This document shows, one piece after another, positions 10,628-20,673 of a DNA stretch of 64,000 nt (the first letter of the stretch is position 1; the number at the start of each line of letters is the position of its first letter). A model generated the notes under the pieces. That model had not been told where the DNA came from and searched no databases. It worked only from the letters and a program-made list of their open reading frames with translations. The translations under genes were made by a program, and so were the position numbers. This DNA is from Kiloniellaceae bacterium (GTDB taxonomy: Bacteria; Pseudomonadota; Alphaproteobacteria; Kiloniellales; J153): NCBI GenBank assembly GCA_021776095.1, contig JAJFGO010000055.1, positions 7,551-71,550 of the forward strand. Direction: 5' to 3'.

Positions 10628-12013
10628 TCAGGACGCGGCCGCGACGCGGCCGTTGTTGCGGGCCACACGCTCGGTCTTGAGCTGCTCCGCGATCAGGAAC
10701 GCCAATTCGAGCGCTTGGTCAGCGTTGAGACGCGGATCGCAATGGGTGTGGTAACGGTCGCCCAAGCTGGCCTCGCTGATGGCCCGGGCACCGCCGATAC
10801 ACTCGGTCACGTTCTGACCGGTCATCTCGAAGTGCACGCCGCCGGCGTAGCTGCCCTCGGCCCGATGGACCGCGAAGAAGCCCCGCACCTCGGCCAGGAT
10901 ACGGTCGAAGGGCCGGGTCTTGAAGCCGGTGGTCGATTTGATCGTGTTGCCGTGCATCGGATCGCAGGCCCAGACCACCTTTCGTCCGGCGCGCTGCACC
11001 GCGCGCACCAACGGCGGCAGTGAGGCCTCGACCTTTTCGGCGCCCATACGCGCGATCAACGTCAGGCGGCCCGGCTCGTTCTCCGGGTTCAGCACCTCGA
11101 TCAACCGGACCAGTTCGTCGGGGTCCAGGCTGGGTCCGCACTTCATGCCGATCGGATTCTGCACACCGCGCAGGAACTCGATGTGCGCGCCGTCCAGTTG
11201 CCGGGTCCGATCGCCGATCCACAGGAAGTGGGCCGAACAATCGTACCACTGACCGCTCAGGCTATCGACCCGTGTCAGGGCTTGCTCGTAGTTGAGCAGC
11301 AGGGCCTCGTGGCTGGTGTAGAAATCGGTTTCGCGCAGCTTGCTGACGTCGTCCGGCGTGATGCCGCAGGCCTTCATGAAATCCAGGGTCTCGTCGATCC
11401 GGTCCGCCAGTTCCATGTAGCGCTTGCCCTGGGGGCTGTCGGCGACGAACTGCAGGTTCCACTGATGAACCTTGTGCAGATCGGCGAAGCCGCCCTGAGC
11501 GAAAGCCCGCAGCAGGTTGAGCGTCGCCGCCGCCTGGTTGTAGGCGCGCATCAGACGCTGCGGGTCGGGTCGCCGGGCGGCCGCATCGAACTCGATCCCG
11601 TTCACGATGTCGCCGCGATAGCTGGGCAGCTCGACACCGTCCTGCACTTCCGTGGGCGCCGAGCGCGGCTTGGCGAACTGCCCCGCCATGCGCCCCAGCT
11701 TGACCACGGGGCAGCCAGCGCCAAAGGTCAGTACGACCGCCATCTGCAACATGACCTTGAAGGTGTCGCGGATGTTGTCGGCCCGGAATTCGGCGAAGCT
11801 CTCGGCACAGTCGCCGCCCTGCAGCAGAAAGGCCTTGCCCTCAGCAACGCCGCCAAGCTGCTGCTTCAGGCGGCGGGCCTCGCCAGCGAAGACCAGGGGC
11901 GGGACCTCCGCCAAACTCCGTTCCACCGCTGCCAATTCGACTGGGTCCGAATAGGTCGGTACCTGTCGAACTTCCTTGCCGCGCCAGCTATCCGGCGCCC
12001 ATTTGTTAACCAT
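10628..12013 (-). CDS. Class II 3-deoxy-7-phosphoheptulonate (DAHP) synthase
   Basis: 461 aa. WAPDSWR...QVPTY...[12 protein letters not shown] is diagnostic of plant-like class II DAHPS. Confidence 0.9.
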   Translation of the reverse strand: MVNKWAPDSWRGKEVRQVPTYSDPVELAAVERSLAEVPPLVFAGEARRLKQQLGGVAEGKAFLLQGGDCAESFAEFRADNIRDTFKVMLQMAVVLTFGAGCPVVKLGRMAGQFAKPRSAPTEVQDGVELPSYRGDIVNGIEFDAAARRPDPQRLMRAYNQAAATLNLLRAFAQGGFADLHKVHQWNLQFVADSPQGKRYMELADRIDETLDFMKACGITPDDVSKLRETDFYTSHEALLLNYEQALTRVDSLSGQWYDCSAHFLWIGDRTRQLDGAHIEFLRGVQNPIGMKCGPSLDPDELVRLIEVLNPENEPGRLTLIARMGAEKVEASLPPLVRAVQRAGRKVVWACDPMHGNTIKSTTGFKTRPFDRILAEVRGFFAVHRAEGSYAGGVHFEMTGQNVTECIGGARAISEASLGDRYHTHCDPRLNADQALELAFLIAEQLKTERVARNNGRVAAAS

Positions 12014-12207
12014 CTTACCTCTCTCGCACCTCGCGCGCCGCGACCGTTGGCACGCGGCGGGGGCTTGTTTCTAGTCTGCTTGGGGATAGTTTTCCACAGT
12101 AAAGCTCGGGTGCCAAGCGGCGGGCCGGACTACCGGATGAGCGCCCGAGGGATTATGCTGGCGCCATTGCCCCACATAGGGCCCGACACAAGGACCGGAC
12201 CGCCGCC

Positions 12208-12603
12208 ATGACCTCTCCCCTGTTCCATATGATCGCCGGCGCTCCGGCCCCGGTCGCCCCCTTCAGCCACGCGGTGGAGGCCGACGGCTGGGTCTTCGTA
12301 ACCGGCCAGATGCCGACCGACCCGCACGACGACCCGGCGCCCTTGCCAGAGGGGATCGAGGCCCAGACCCGCCGGGTCATGGACAACCTGAAGATCGTGC
12401 TCGGCGGCCTCGATCTGGGCTTGGAGCATATTGTCTTCGCGCGGGTCTATGTGACCGAATTCAAGCGCGACTATGCGGCCATGAACGCGGTCTATAAGTC
12501 CTATTTCCCGGCCGACCGCCTGCCGGCGCGGACTTGCATCGGGGTGACCGGCCTGGCCCGCGACGCCCTGGTCGAGATCGACCTGATCGCCAAGCGGCCC
12601 TAA
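12208..12603 (+). CDS. RidA/YjgF-family reactive-intermediate deaminase
   Basis: 131 aa. PFSHAVEADGWVFVTGQ and ARTCIGV...ALVEIDLIA. Confidence 0.85.
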   Translation: MTSPLFHMIAGAPAPVAPFSHAVEADGWVFVTGQMPTDPHDDPAPLPEGIEAQTRRVMDNLKIVLGGLDLGLEHIVFARVYVTEFKRDYAAMNAVYKSYFPADRLPARTCIGVTGLARDALVEIDLIAKRP

Positions 12604-12627
12604 GAACCGGGCCGGGAGAGACAACCC

Positions 12628-13080
12628 ATGGTCAAACCCGCCGTGGAGATACGCCGCCCCGGGCAGGACGATTGGCCAAGGATCCTGGAAATCCTGGAAC
12701 AGGCCAATTTTCATCGCATCGGCAGCCGCGAAATGCCGTCGTTCCCCTTGAGCGATTGCTTCGTCGCGGTGGTTGCGGGCCGGGTGATCGGCGTCGCGGG
12801 GTATCGGGTGCTTGACCCCAAGACCGCCAAGACCACGCTGATGGCGGTCGATCCGGACTGCCGCGGCCAGGCGGTCGGTGCCGCCCTGCAGAACGTCCGC
12901 CAAGATTTTCTCCGCAAACAGGGTATCAAGACCCTTTACACCAACGTGGACGACCCAAGAGTCGCGGCCTGGTACCAGCGGCAGTTCGGCTATAAGCCGA
13001 CGGGAAAGAGGATTCCCAAGGTCGAGCCCTTCGGCCGGTCGGATATGCCCGAGTGGATCAACATCGTGGTCACGCTATGA
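12628..13080 (+). CDS. GNAT-family N-acetyltransferase
   Basis: 150 aa. The acetyl-CoA-binding segment RGQAVGAALQ is typical of the Q/RxxGxG/A motif. Confidence 0.8.
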   Translation: MVKPAVEIRRPGQDDWPRILEILEQANFHRIGSREMPSFPLSDCFVAVVAGRVIGVAGYRVLDPKTAKTTLMAVDPDCRGQAVGAALQNVRQDFLRKQGIKTLYTNVDDPRVAAWYQRQFGYKPTGKRIPKVEPFGRSDMPEWINIVVTL

Positions 13081-13165
13081 TCGTGCGGCCGCTTCGGCGT
13101 CTTGCCGCCGGTGGCGCCCTGCGCCACAGTGCGTACGCACCGGAACCGCGCGGAAGGACAAAACC

Positions 13166-13552
13166 CTGACCATTACCATCAAGGGCCTTGACCATGTGGT
13201 GCTGCGTGTCGCCGATACGCGGCGCGCCATTCAATTCTATTGCGATGTCCTGGGCTGCAGCGTGGAGCGTCGGGTCGAGTCCATCGGGCTGGTGCAGTTA
13301 CGCGCCGGCGCCTCGCTCATCGATCTGGTCCCGGCCACGGCACCGCCGGGAAGTGCCGACGGCAATATGGATCATTTCTGCCTGCGCATCGAAGATTTCG
13401 ACGAGGCCGCCTTGCGCGCGCACCTGCAATCCCATGGTATCGCGGTCGGTGAGGTCGCGCAGCGTTATGGCGCAGACGGCAGCGGGCCCTCCCTCTACAT
13501 CGAAGACCCCGACGGAAATAGCGTCGAGTTAAAGGGCCCGCCGAATGCCTGA
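13166..13552 (+). CDS. VOC-family (glyoxalase/bleomycin-resistance fold) protein
   Basis: GLDHVVLRVADTRRAIQFYCDVLG...HFCLRIEDF...LYIEDPDGNSVEL. There is no in-frame ATG near the domain start. CTG 13166 (or ATT 13172) lies 7 nt after GGAAGGA. The start is uncertain. Confidence 0.65.
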   Translation: MTITIKGLDHVVLRVADTRRAIQFYCDVLGCSVERRVESIGLVQLRAGASLIDLVPATAPPGSADGNMDHFCLRIEDFDEAALRAHLQSHGIAVGEVAQRYGADGSGPSLYIEDPDGNSVELKGPPNA

Positions 13553-13985
13553 GCTGCCGCAGGTGCCGGGCGCGTATGTCCTGATAGTCGATTTGGACCG
13601 GCCGCTACGATTGACGCTGCCCGGCAGGACTGGCGCGGTGCTTGAACCGGGGCGCTACGCTTATTGCGGCAGCGCCCGCGGGCCGGGTGGCATTCGCGCC
13701 CGGGTCCTGCGCCACCTGCGCCGGGACAAACGGCCGCACTGGCATATCGATCGCTTAACCGGTACCGGGCGCATCGTCACCGTCCACGCCGTGCCGAACG
13801 GGCGCGAGTGCGCCCTGCTCGATCGTATCCTGGCGGTCGAAGGCGTGACGACGCCAGTCCCCGGCTTCGGCAGCACGGACTGTCGCCGCTGCCCGGCGCA
13901 CCTGGTGCGTCTGCCGGGGCAAACAGATGAGGCTGATATGGCCCGATGGTTGGGCAAGATCCCGCAGAGGAGAGAACCATGCTAA
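13545..13985 (+). CDS. DUF123 / GIY-YIG-superfamily protein
   Basis: 146 aa. GAYVLIVDL...GRYAYCGSA...RHLRRDKRPHWHIDRL matches my recollection of the DUF123 pattern. It overlaps the upstream gene by 8 nt. Confidence 0.65.
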   Translation: MPELPQVPGAYVLIVDLDRPLRLTLPGRTGAVLEPGRYAYCGSARGPGGIRARVLRHLRRDKRPHWHIDRLTGTGRIVTVHAVPNGRECALLDRILAVEGVTTPVPGFGSTDCRRCPAHLVRLPGQTDEADMARWLGKIPQRREPC

Positions 13986-15355
13986 GCGACGTGCGCGGCT
14001 TGACACTTTCGACCGGCAAGGAGGCGGCCGTCCAGCACTTCAACGCCGCGATCGACGACTATTTCCAGTACCGCGTCAGCGCCGGCAAGCACGCCAAGGC
14101 GGCCGTGGAGGCCGACCCGGAGTTCGCCTTCGGCCATTGCCTGCGCGGCTATCTCTTCATGCTGTTCGGCTCGACCGCGTTTCACGATCACGCCCGCGCC
14201 GCTCTAGACCTGGCCCGGGCCCACGCCGAGGGCATCAGCGAACGCGAGGTGGCGCACATCGCGGCGCTGGAAACCTGGCTCGGCGGCGATACCACCAAGA
14301 CCTGCGCCATGTGGGAAGACATCATGGTCGCCTATCCGCGCGACCTGCTCGCGGTTAGGCTCCAGCATTTCGCTCTGTTTTGGCTGGGCCGAAGCGCCGA
14401 TCTGCTCGGCGGTCCGGCGCGGGTTCTGCACGCCTGGGACGACAAGGTGCCCGGTTACGGCAACATCCTGGGCATGATGGCCTTCGGCCATGAGGAATGC
14501 GGCGCTTACGCCGAGGCGGAGACGGCCGGAAAGCGCGCGGTCGAGATCGACCCGGAAGACCTTTGGGCGGTTCACGCCGTTGCCCATGTACTGGAGATGC
14601 AGGGCCGCCTGAAGGAGGGTCTGGCCTGGCTCGACTACCCCGCCGACGCCTGGGACGACCGCAATCCGTTTCGCGGGCATCTGTGGTGGCATCGCGCGCT
14701 GTTCCTTTACGAGCGCGGCGAGTACGACGCGGTCCTGGCGCTCTACGATCGCTCTATCCGGTCGGAAAAATCCGATTTTTACTTGGATATTCAAAATGCC
14801 GCGGCCTTGCTGGTCCGCTTGGAGTTCGCCGGCGCCGATGTCGGCGACCGCTGGGGCCAATTGGCGGACCACGTGGAGACCCGCCTGGACGATCATGTCC
14901 TGGCCTTCACCGACGCCCACGCCATGATGGCGCTGACAGCGACCGGGCGGGACGAAACCGCCGGGCGCCTGTTGACCTCCTTGGAAGCCTTCGCCGGCAC
15001 GCCGGGCAATTCCTGCGCCCGCACCCTCAAGCCCGTCGCGATTCCTGTGTGCGAGGCGATCCGGTGTTTCGCCCAGGGCGACTACACCCGAACGGTCGAG
15101 CTCTTGATGCCACTTCGCCCCGATTTCATCCGGGTCGGGGCCAGTCACGCCCAGCGGGATATCTTCCACCAGTACCTGATCGAGGCGGCGATGCGCGCCG
15201 GACACCTGCCCTTGGCCCGCGCCCTCCTGTCCGAACGCGCCCTGCTGAAACCCAACAGCCTGCCGAGCTGGCGCAAATATGCCGAAGTCCTGAGCGGACT
15301 GGGCGACGCGGCAGGCGCGGCAAAAGCCAGCCGGAAAGCGGCCAACGCCGCCTAG
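13979..15355 (+). CDS. TPR protein of the TTC38-like family
   Basis: Start at MLSDVRG after GGAGAG. All-helical TPR-like sequence. It overlaps the DUF123 gene by 7 nt. Confidence 0.65.
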   Translation: MLSDVRGLTLSTGKEAAVQHFNAAIDDYFQYRVSAGKHAKAAVEADPEFAFGHCLRGYLFMLFGSTAFHDHARAALDLARAHAEGISEREVAHIAALETWLGGDTTKTCAMWEDIMVAYPRDLLAVRLQHFALFWLGRSADLLGGPARVLHAWDDKVPGYGNILGMMAFGHEECGAYAEAETAGKRAVEIDPEDLWAVHAVAHVLEMQGRLKEGLAWLDYPADAWDDRNPFRGHLWWHRALFLYERGEYDAVLALYDRSIRSEKSDFYLDIQNAAALLVRLEFAGADVGDRWGQLADHVETRLDDHVLAFTDAHAMMALTATGRDETAGRLLTSLEAFAGTPGNSCARTLKPVAIPVCEAIRCFAQGDYTRTVELLMPLRPDFIRVGASHAQRDIFHQYLIEAAMRAGHLPLARALLSERALLKPNSLPSWRKYAEVLSGLGDAAGAAKASRKAANAA

Positions 15356-15489
15356 GTTCGATGGCTATCGGCGACCGGACACCATTGATCCGCCGACTCT
15401 ATTCGTATGCGAGCGGCTTGCACTCCGCGCCGAAGGGTGAAAACATTGCTTCGGTAAAGAACGCATGACCCACGCGGACTCGCTAGACC

Positions 15490-17235
15490 ATGGCAGAGAT
15501 AAGCGTAAACGGGGTACTGCAACTCGCCCTTGGAGTTGGCGCCAAGGTCGCCTACACGGTGATCCTGGCCGGCATCGTTGTCTTGTGCGTCTCCGAGGGT
15601 CACAAGATCTGGTTCGATCGATCTCCGGTTCTCGCGGTTTTCGATTACAGCAAGGACGGCGCCGCCGCCCCGGCCAGTGGCGAGGGGTTTACCCGCGGCA
15701 TCCAGCAACAACAAAGCCTGCTGCGCGGCATATACGAAGGGCGCGGCCAAATAAGAACCAACCGAATCCTGCCTCAGGCGGCCGGCCAACAGTTTGCCGG
15801 CCTTAGCGTCACGCCGGAGCTCAGGACCTCCGACCTCTCCGAACTCAAAATCGAAGCGCAGGGCATCAACCTGACAGCCATCTTGGGCCGCTTGCGCAAT
15901 TGGATCCGACAGCCGAACGAAATCCGCGGCCGGGTCGACGAGGTGGGTGGCCGATACCACGTTTACGCGGAGTGGCGTCAAGCGAAGGCCGCAGGCGGGC
16001 AAGGAAAGCGCCACTACAGCGAAATCCATACCGAAACCGGCCGCGCCATCTTCGAAGTCGCGGCCCGTCTTTTGTGGCAGGACATCGGTGCGCTCAGCGA
16101 CGCGCCGCCCCTGGCCCAGCGCCTGATCGATAAGGTGACCGAGGACAATTTCGTTAAATTCATGCGCGCCTGGGTCACCTATCAAACCCACGCGGCGGCC
16201 CGCGGCCGGCAAGAAAACCTCGACCCCTATAAGGCCCAATTGGAAACCGCGATCAACGACGCGGACAACCTGGTCAGTCAGAACGTCGACTTTCCGCTGG
16301 TCTACAACTTGGCCGCGCGCCTCCACTTGGAAGCCACAGCCTTCACGGACATGGATGCGGAGGAACAGGCCGAGGTTCGCGGCCTGGCGGCCAGGTACGT
16401 CAGGTCGATGGCCGCCCTCGGCCTGCCCGACCCGGAGACCGAGCAGTACTTCGCCGCCCTGGACAAGAACGATCAGGCAGCTCAGCGGGTCGCGACGGCT
16501 CAAACCACGATCGCGCCAAGCGTGACTGTTTCAACCGCCACTGTGGCGCCGTCCCCGGCGCCGGCCGCGACCACGCCCGGAGCGCCCCCGGCCACGCCGG
16601 CCCAGCCCGCCCCTGCCGTACCGGCGCGCGCGGTCGCCCTGGCGGGCGCCAGCATCGGCCCGGAGGGCGTCTCGACCGCCGCGTCCGCCTGCTGTATCGC
16701 GCAGGATGCCGCGGGCAAGAGGTTTCTCCTGACCGCCGACTACCTGTTCTCCCCAGAGCTCCAGGGGCGGAAAGCCAAGCCGGTCGTCATCTCTCCGGCG
16801 GCGCTCGACGGCGGCACGGAGCCGATCGGGGCGCTGAGCCGGGTGCGAGACCTGGACCCGGCGGCGGGCGTCGCCCTGATCGCCCTCGATCCGGATGTCG
16901 AGGCCCGCAACGAGATTCCCGGAGTTGGCCTGGTAACCGAGACCGCGCCCTTCCCGGGAATTGGCGAGACGGTGCGCTTGTTTGGACGCTCGTCCGAGTT
17001 GCGATCGGGCAAGGTTCTGCTCGAAATGGACGTGCCCATGCAAAAGCAGTCCGCGATCACCTCGGCCATGGTCCCGGTCGAGCGGATCAGCGGCCCCGGC
17101 GACGGCGGGGCGCCGGTTGTGGATTCCCTGGGGCGGCTGGTCGGCATGGCCTATGCCGGCAGCGAGCTGACCAGTCTTATCCTGCCCATCGAGAAAGTCT
17201 TGGCCGACCTGGGCCTAACCTTGGTAACGCCCTAG
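15490..17235 (+). CDS. Membrane-anchored protein with helical middle region, Pro/Ala/Thr linker and C-terminal trypsin-fold domain lacking recognisable catalytic residues
   Basis: N-terminal TM segment (VAYTVILAGIVVLCV), PAPAATTPGAPPATPAQPAPAVP linker. C-terminal ...KRFLLTADYLF (Tyr where TxxH is expected), GVALIAL, GPGDGGAPVVD..LGRLVGM (Gly where the GDSGG serine is expected). Confidence 0.6.
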   Translation: MAEISVNGVLQLALGVGAKVAYTVILAGIVVLCVSEGHKIWFDRSPVLAVFDYSKDGAAAPASGEGFTRGIQQQQSLLRGIYEGRGQIRTNRILPQAAGQQFAGLSVTPELRTSDLSELKIEAQGINLTAILGRLRNWIRQPNEIRGRVDEVGGRYHVYAEWRQAKAAGGQGKRHYSEIHTETGRAIFEVAARLLWQDIGALSDAPPLAQRLIDKVTEDNFVKFMRAWVTYQTHAAARGRQENLDPYKAQLETAINDADNLVSQNVDFPLVYNLAARLHLEATAFTDMDAEEQAEVRGLAARYVRSMAALGLPDPETEQYFAALDKNDQAAQRVATAQTTIAPSVTVSTATVAPSPAPAATTPGAPPATPAQPAPAVPARAVALAGASIGPEGVSTAASACCIAQDAAGKRFLLTADYLFSPELQGRKAKPVVISPAALDGGTEPIGALSRVRDLDPAAGVALIALDPDVEARNEIPGVGLVTETAPFPGIGETVRLFGRSSELRSGKVLLEMDVPMQKQSAITSAMVPVERISGPGDGGAPVVDSLGRLVGMAYAGSELTSLILPIEKVLADLGLTLVTP

Positions 17236-17353
17236 TCCTTAGCCCTTTTGCGCCCCAAGGATTGCGGCTTTCTTAACTGTTCCTTGAAGCGGCCGGTCTA
17301 GCCTTCCCCGGCACGGTGCCCAGTCCAGGCCCGCGGCGGCAGGGAGGCAAAGT

Positions 17354-19081
17354 ATGACCGACTCGATCCGTTCCAACACACCCCCGAGGGCCCCCGGCGG
17401 CAACGGCCAGGTTCGGCCGACGGCCCCTGTGTCCGCGCCGGCGCAAGCACCGGCCCGCAGAAAGAGCGGCGGCGCGGTCACGACGTCGGCCCAGGCCAAC
17501 GGCCGTTTGGGCCGCATCGTTTCGGTGTCCGGCGCCAATGTCGTGGTGCAATTAGCGGCCAGTGCGAACGGCACCCAGGCGAGCCCCGCGCGCGCGCCTC
17601 AGATCGGTGCCTTGGTCCGTATGCCGACCCCGCAGTCCACCGTGTTCGGCATGGTCAGTGGCCAAAACATCCCGGCCCCGACCCAGGACGGCACCAGCCA
17701 CGAGGTACGCCTCATGGCGCTGGACCTGATCGGCGAATCCTTTGCCGTCGACGGCAAGCCGAAATTCCAGCGCGGCGTTTCCTTTTACCCGACCCTGGGC
17801 GACGAGGCCTTCGCCGCGACCCCGGATGACCTCAAGGCGATCTACGCACAACCCGATGTCCCCAACGCGCGAATCGGCACGGTCCGTCAGGATCAATCCT
17901 TGCCAGCTTATGTCACCATCGACGAATTGTTGGGCAAGCACTTCGCGATCTTGGGCACCACCGGTTCGGGCAAGTCCTGCACGGTCGCCTTGATCCTGCG
18001 GGCGATCCTTAGTGGAAACCCGGGCGGCCACATCGTTTTGCTGGACCCGCACAACGAGTACTCCCAGTCGTTTCCAGATTGCGCCGAGGTTCTGAATTCC
18101 GACAGCCTTGAGCTGCCCTACTGGCTGCTGAACTTCGAGGAAATGCAGGAGATCGTGGTCGGCAGCAACTTGGGCAATCGGGAAGCCGACATCGCGATCC
18201 TGAAGGACGCGATCTTGCAGGCCAAGCTCAAGGGCCAGACCGGCGCCGACAGGGACAGCAACCTGACCGCCGACACACCGATTCCGTACCGTCTTTCCGA
18301 TGTCGCGCGGCAGATCGACGATGCCTTGGGCAAGCTGGATAAGGCAACCGACTCCGCGCCCTATCTGCGCTTGATGGAGCGCCTGACCGCGCTACAGAAC
18401 GACCGGCGTTACGGCTTTATGTTTCCCGGTGTCAGCGTGCGGGATTCCATGGCGGCCATTCTATCGCGCATCTTTCGCGTGCCGGTCGGCGGCAAGCCGA
18501 TCACCATTCTCGACCTTTCCGGGGTGCCTTCGGAGATCATGAACGTGGTGATCTCATTGTTGTGCCGTCTGACCTTCGACTTCGCCCTATGGAGCGAGCG
18601 CGCGGTGCCGATCCTGCTGGTGTGCGAAGAGGCCCAGCGTTACATGCGCCAGGAAACCACCCAGGGCTTCGAACCGACCAAGCGTGCCTTGGCCCGGATC
18701 GCCAAGGAAGGCCGAAAGTACGGCGTGTCCCTGGGCCTGATCAGCCAGAGGCCGGCCGATTTGGCAATCGAGATCCTGTCCCAATGCAACACGGTCTTCG
18801 CCATGCGCATGAGCAACCAAAAGGATCAGGATTTCGTCCGCGCGACCTTGTCGGAATCGACCATCGGACTGATCGACGCGCTGCCGACCCTACGCACGGG
18901 CGAAGCGATCGCCGTCGGCGAGGGAATCCCGGTTCCGGTCCGCTTGATGTTCGACCTTCTGCCCGAAAACCTGCGGCCGCACAGCGGCACGGCCTCGTTC
19001 TCGAGCGCCTGGCAAGGCGATGGCAAGGATCAGAACTTCGTCGCCGCGGTGGTCGAACGCTGGCGCCAGAAAGGGCGTTAG
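17354..19081 (+). CDS. HerA-like / DUF87 FtsK-HerA-superfamily ATPase
   Basis: 575 aa. HAS-barrel-like N-terminus (GRIVSVSGANVVVQL), Walker A ILGTTGSGKS, Walker B ILLVCEEAQRY, GLISQRPADL...TVFAMRMSNQKD. Confidence 0.85.
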   Translation: MTDSIRSNTPPRAPGGNGQVRPTAPVSAPAQAPARRKSGGAVTTSAQANGRLGRIVSVSGANVVVQLAASANGTQASPARAPQIGALVRMPTPQSTVFGMVSGQNIPAPTQDGTSHEVRLMALDLIGESFAVDGKPKFQRGVSFYPTLGDEAFAATPDDLKAIYAQPDVPNARIGTVRQDQSLPAYVTIDELLGKHFAILGTTGSGKSCTVALILRAILSGNPGGHIVLLDPHNEYSQSFPDCAEVLNSDSLELPYWLLNFEEMQEIVVGSNLGNREADIAILKDAILQAKLKGQTGADRDSNLTADTPIPYRLSDVARQIDDALGKLDKATDSAPYLRLMERLTALQNDRRYGFMFPGVSVRDSMAAILSRIFRVPVGGKPITILDLSGVPSEIMNVVISLLCRLTFDFALWSERAVPILLVCEEAQRYMRQETTQGFEPTKRALARIAKEGRKYGVSLGLISQRPADLAIEILSQCNTVFAMRMSNQKDQDFVRATLSESTIGLIDALPTLRTGEAIAVGEGIPVPVRLMFDLLPENLRPHSGTASFSSAWQGDGKDQNFVAAVVERWRQKGR

Positions 19082-19087
19082 CGGCGG

Positions 19088-20467
19088 TTATTCGGCGGCT
19101 TTCTCTTCCGGTTCGGGAACCGCCTCGCGCATCGTGACGAACTCCTCGGCGGCGGTCGGATGAATGCCCACGGTGGCATCGAAAATTTGCTTGGTCGCAC
19201 CCGCTTTGATGGCAATCGCGATGCCCTGAATGATTTCCGGTGCGTCGGCACCCACCATGTGCGCCCCGATCACCTTTTGACTGGCCCGGTCCACGATCAG
19301 CTTCATCATGCTGCGCTCGTCGCGACCGGACAGGGTGTGCTTCAGGGCCCGAAAGGTACTGCGATAAATATCGAGCGTACCGTATTTCCCCCGCGCCTGA
19401 AGTTCGGTCAGGCCGACGGTCGCGACATTCGGATGAGCGAACACCGCGCTCGGCACGTCGCTGTGGTTCATGGCCCTGGGCGTGCCGCGGTAAACCGTAT
19501 CGACGAACGCCATGGCCTCCTGAATTGCCACGGGGGTGAGCGCGATCCGGTCGGTCACATCGCCGATGGCGTAGATGTTGGGCTGGTTGGTGCGCGAATA
19601 GGCATCGACCTTGACCGCGCCCTCGTCGGTCAGCTCGACCTGGGCCACGTCGAGACCCAGGTTCTGAACGTTCGGCCGGCGGCCGGTCGCCGCCATGACC
19701 AAGCCGGTTACCAGTTTCTCCCCATCGGAGAGATGAACGATCAGCCCGTCATCGGTTTTGTCGATGCGGTCGATAGTCGATTCCACGCGCAGGTCGATAC
19801 CCTTCTTGACCATCTCTGCGGCCAGGGTATCGCGTACGTCGTCGTCGAAGCCGCGCAAGATCTGCGGGCCCCGGTATACCTGGGTGACCTGGACGCCCAG
19901 CCCATTAAAGATGCTGGCGAACTCGCAGGCGATAAAGCCGCCGCCGTAGACCGCCGCGCGGTCCGGCAAGGTCTCGAGGTGAAACGCCTCGTTGGAGCTT
20001 ATGGCGTGGTCCCAGCCGTGGCCGGGCGGAAAAACCGGATGGCCGCCGGTCGCGATCAGGATGGTTTCGGCGCGCACCACGGTGTCGGCAACCTGCACCC
20101 GGTGGGTATCGAGCAGCCGGGCGTGACCGCGGTGGATCGCGACATCGGCGCCCTGCAGTAAGTTTTCGTAAACCTTTTCCAGGCGATCGATCTCAACGTC
20201 CTTGTTGGCGATCAGCTTGGCCCAATCGAACCGCCCGGCCCCGGCCTCCCAGCCGAATCCTGCGGCATCCTCAAACTCCTCGTGGAAATGCGCGGCATAG
20301 CTGAACAGCTTCTTCGGCACGCAACCCCGGATGACGCAGGTGCCGCCATAGCGGTACGACTCGGCGATGCCGACCCGCGCGCCGGTGCCCGCCGCCATGC
20401 GCGCGGCGCGCACCCCGCCCGAGCCGCCGCCGATGACAAAAAGATCGTAGTCGATTTCACAGATCAT
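19088..20467 (-). CDS. gor: Glutathione-disulfide reductase
   Basis: DYDLFVIGGGSGG, redox-active GGTCVIRGCVPKK, C-terminal HPTAAEE. Start at MICEIDYD (Met34 of the track ORF). Confidence 0.9.
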   Translation of the reverse strand: MICEIDYDLFVIGGGSGGVRAARMAAGTGARVGIAESYRYGGTCVIRGCVPKKLFSYAAHFHEEFEDAAGFGWEAGAGRFDWAKLIANKDVEIDRLEKVYENLLQGADVAIHRGHARLLDTHRVQVADTVVRAETILIATGGHPVFPPGHGWDHAISSNEAFHLETLPDRAAVYGGGFIACEFASIFNGLGVQVTQVYRGPQILRGFDDDVRDTLAAEMVKKGIDLRVESTIDRIDKTDDGLIVHLSDGEKLVTGLVMAATGRRPNVQNLGLDVAQVELTDEGAVKVDAYSRTNQPNIYAIGDVTDRIALTPVAIQEAMAFVDTVYRGTPRAMNHSDVPSAVFAHPNVATVGLTELQARGKYGTLDIYRSTFRALKHTLSGRDERSMMKLIVDRASQKVIGAHMVGADAPEIIQGIAIAIKAGATKQIFDATVGIHPTAAEEFVTMREAVPEPEEKAAE

Positions 20468-20673
20468 AAATGTCGTTCCTTTATACCGGCCCTTATGCCG
20501 CCGCTTAGACTTACCCCGCGCCGGGGCCCTTGTGAAGCATACCACGCCACCTCGCGCCGGAGGCACCGCGCCCGGCGGTCCCCGGGCATATATAGGCAGA
20601 ACCGGGCGGTAAGCCCATCACGCTGGCGCGAGCAGGCCGGGCCGGCACGGAGGCCCCGTGAGGCGATGATCCC

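Noticed and set aside
15352-16503. 383-aa minus-strand ORF.
   Set aside because: It is antisense to the 581-aa membrane/pseudoprotease gene and has shadow-frame composition. The plus-strand frame has a TM segment, a linker and recognisable domain structure.
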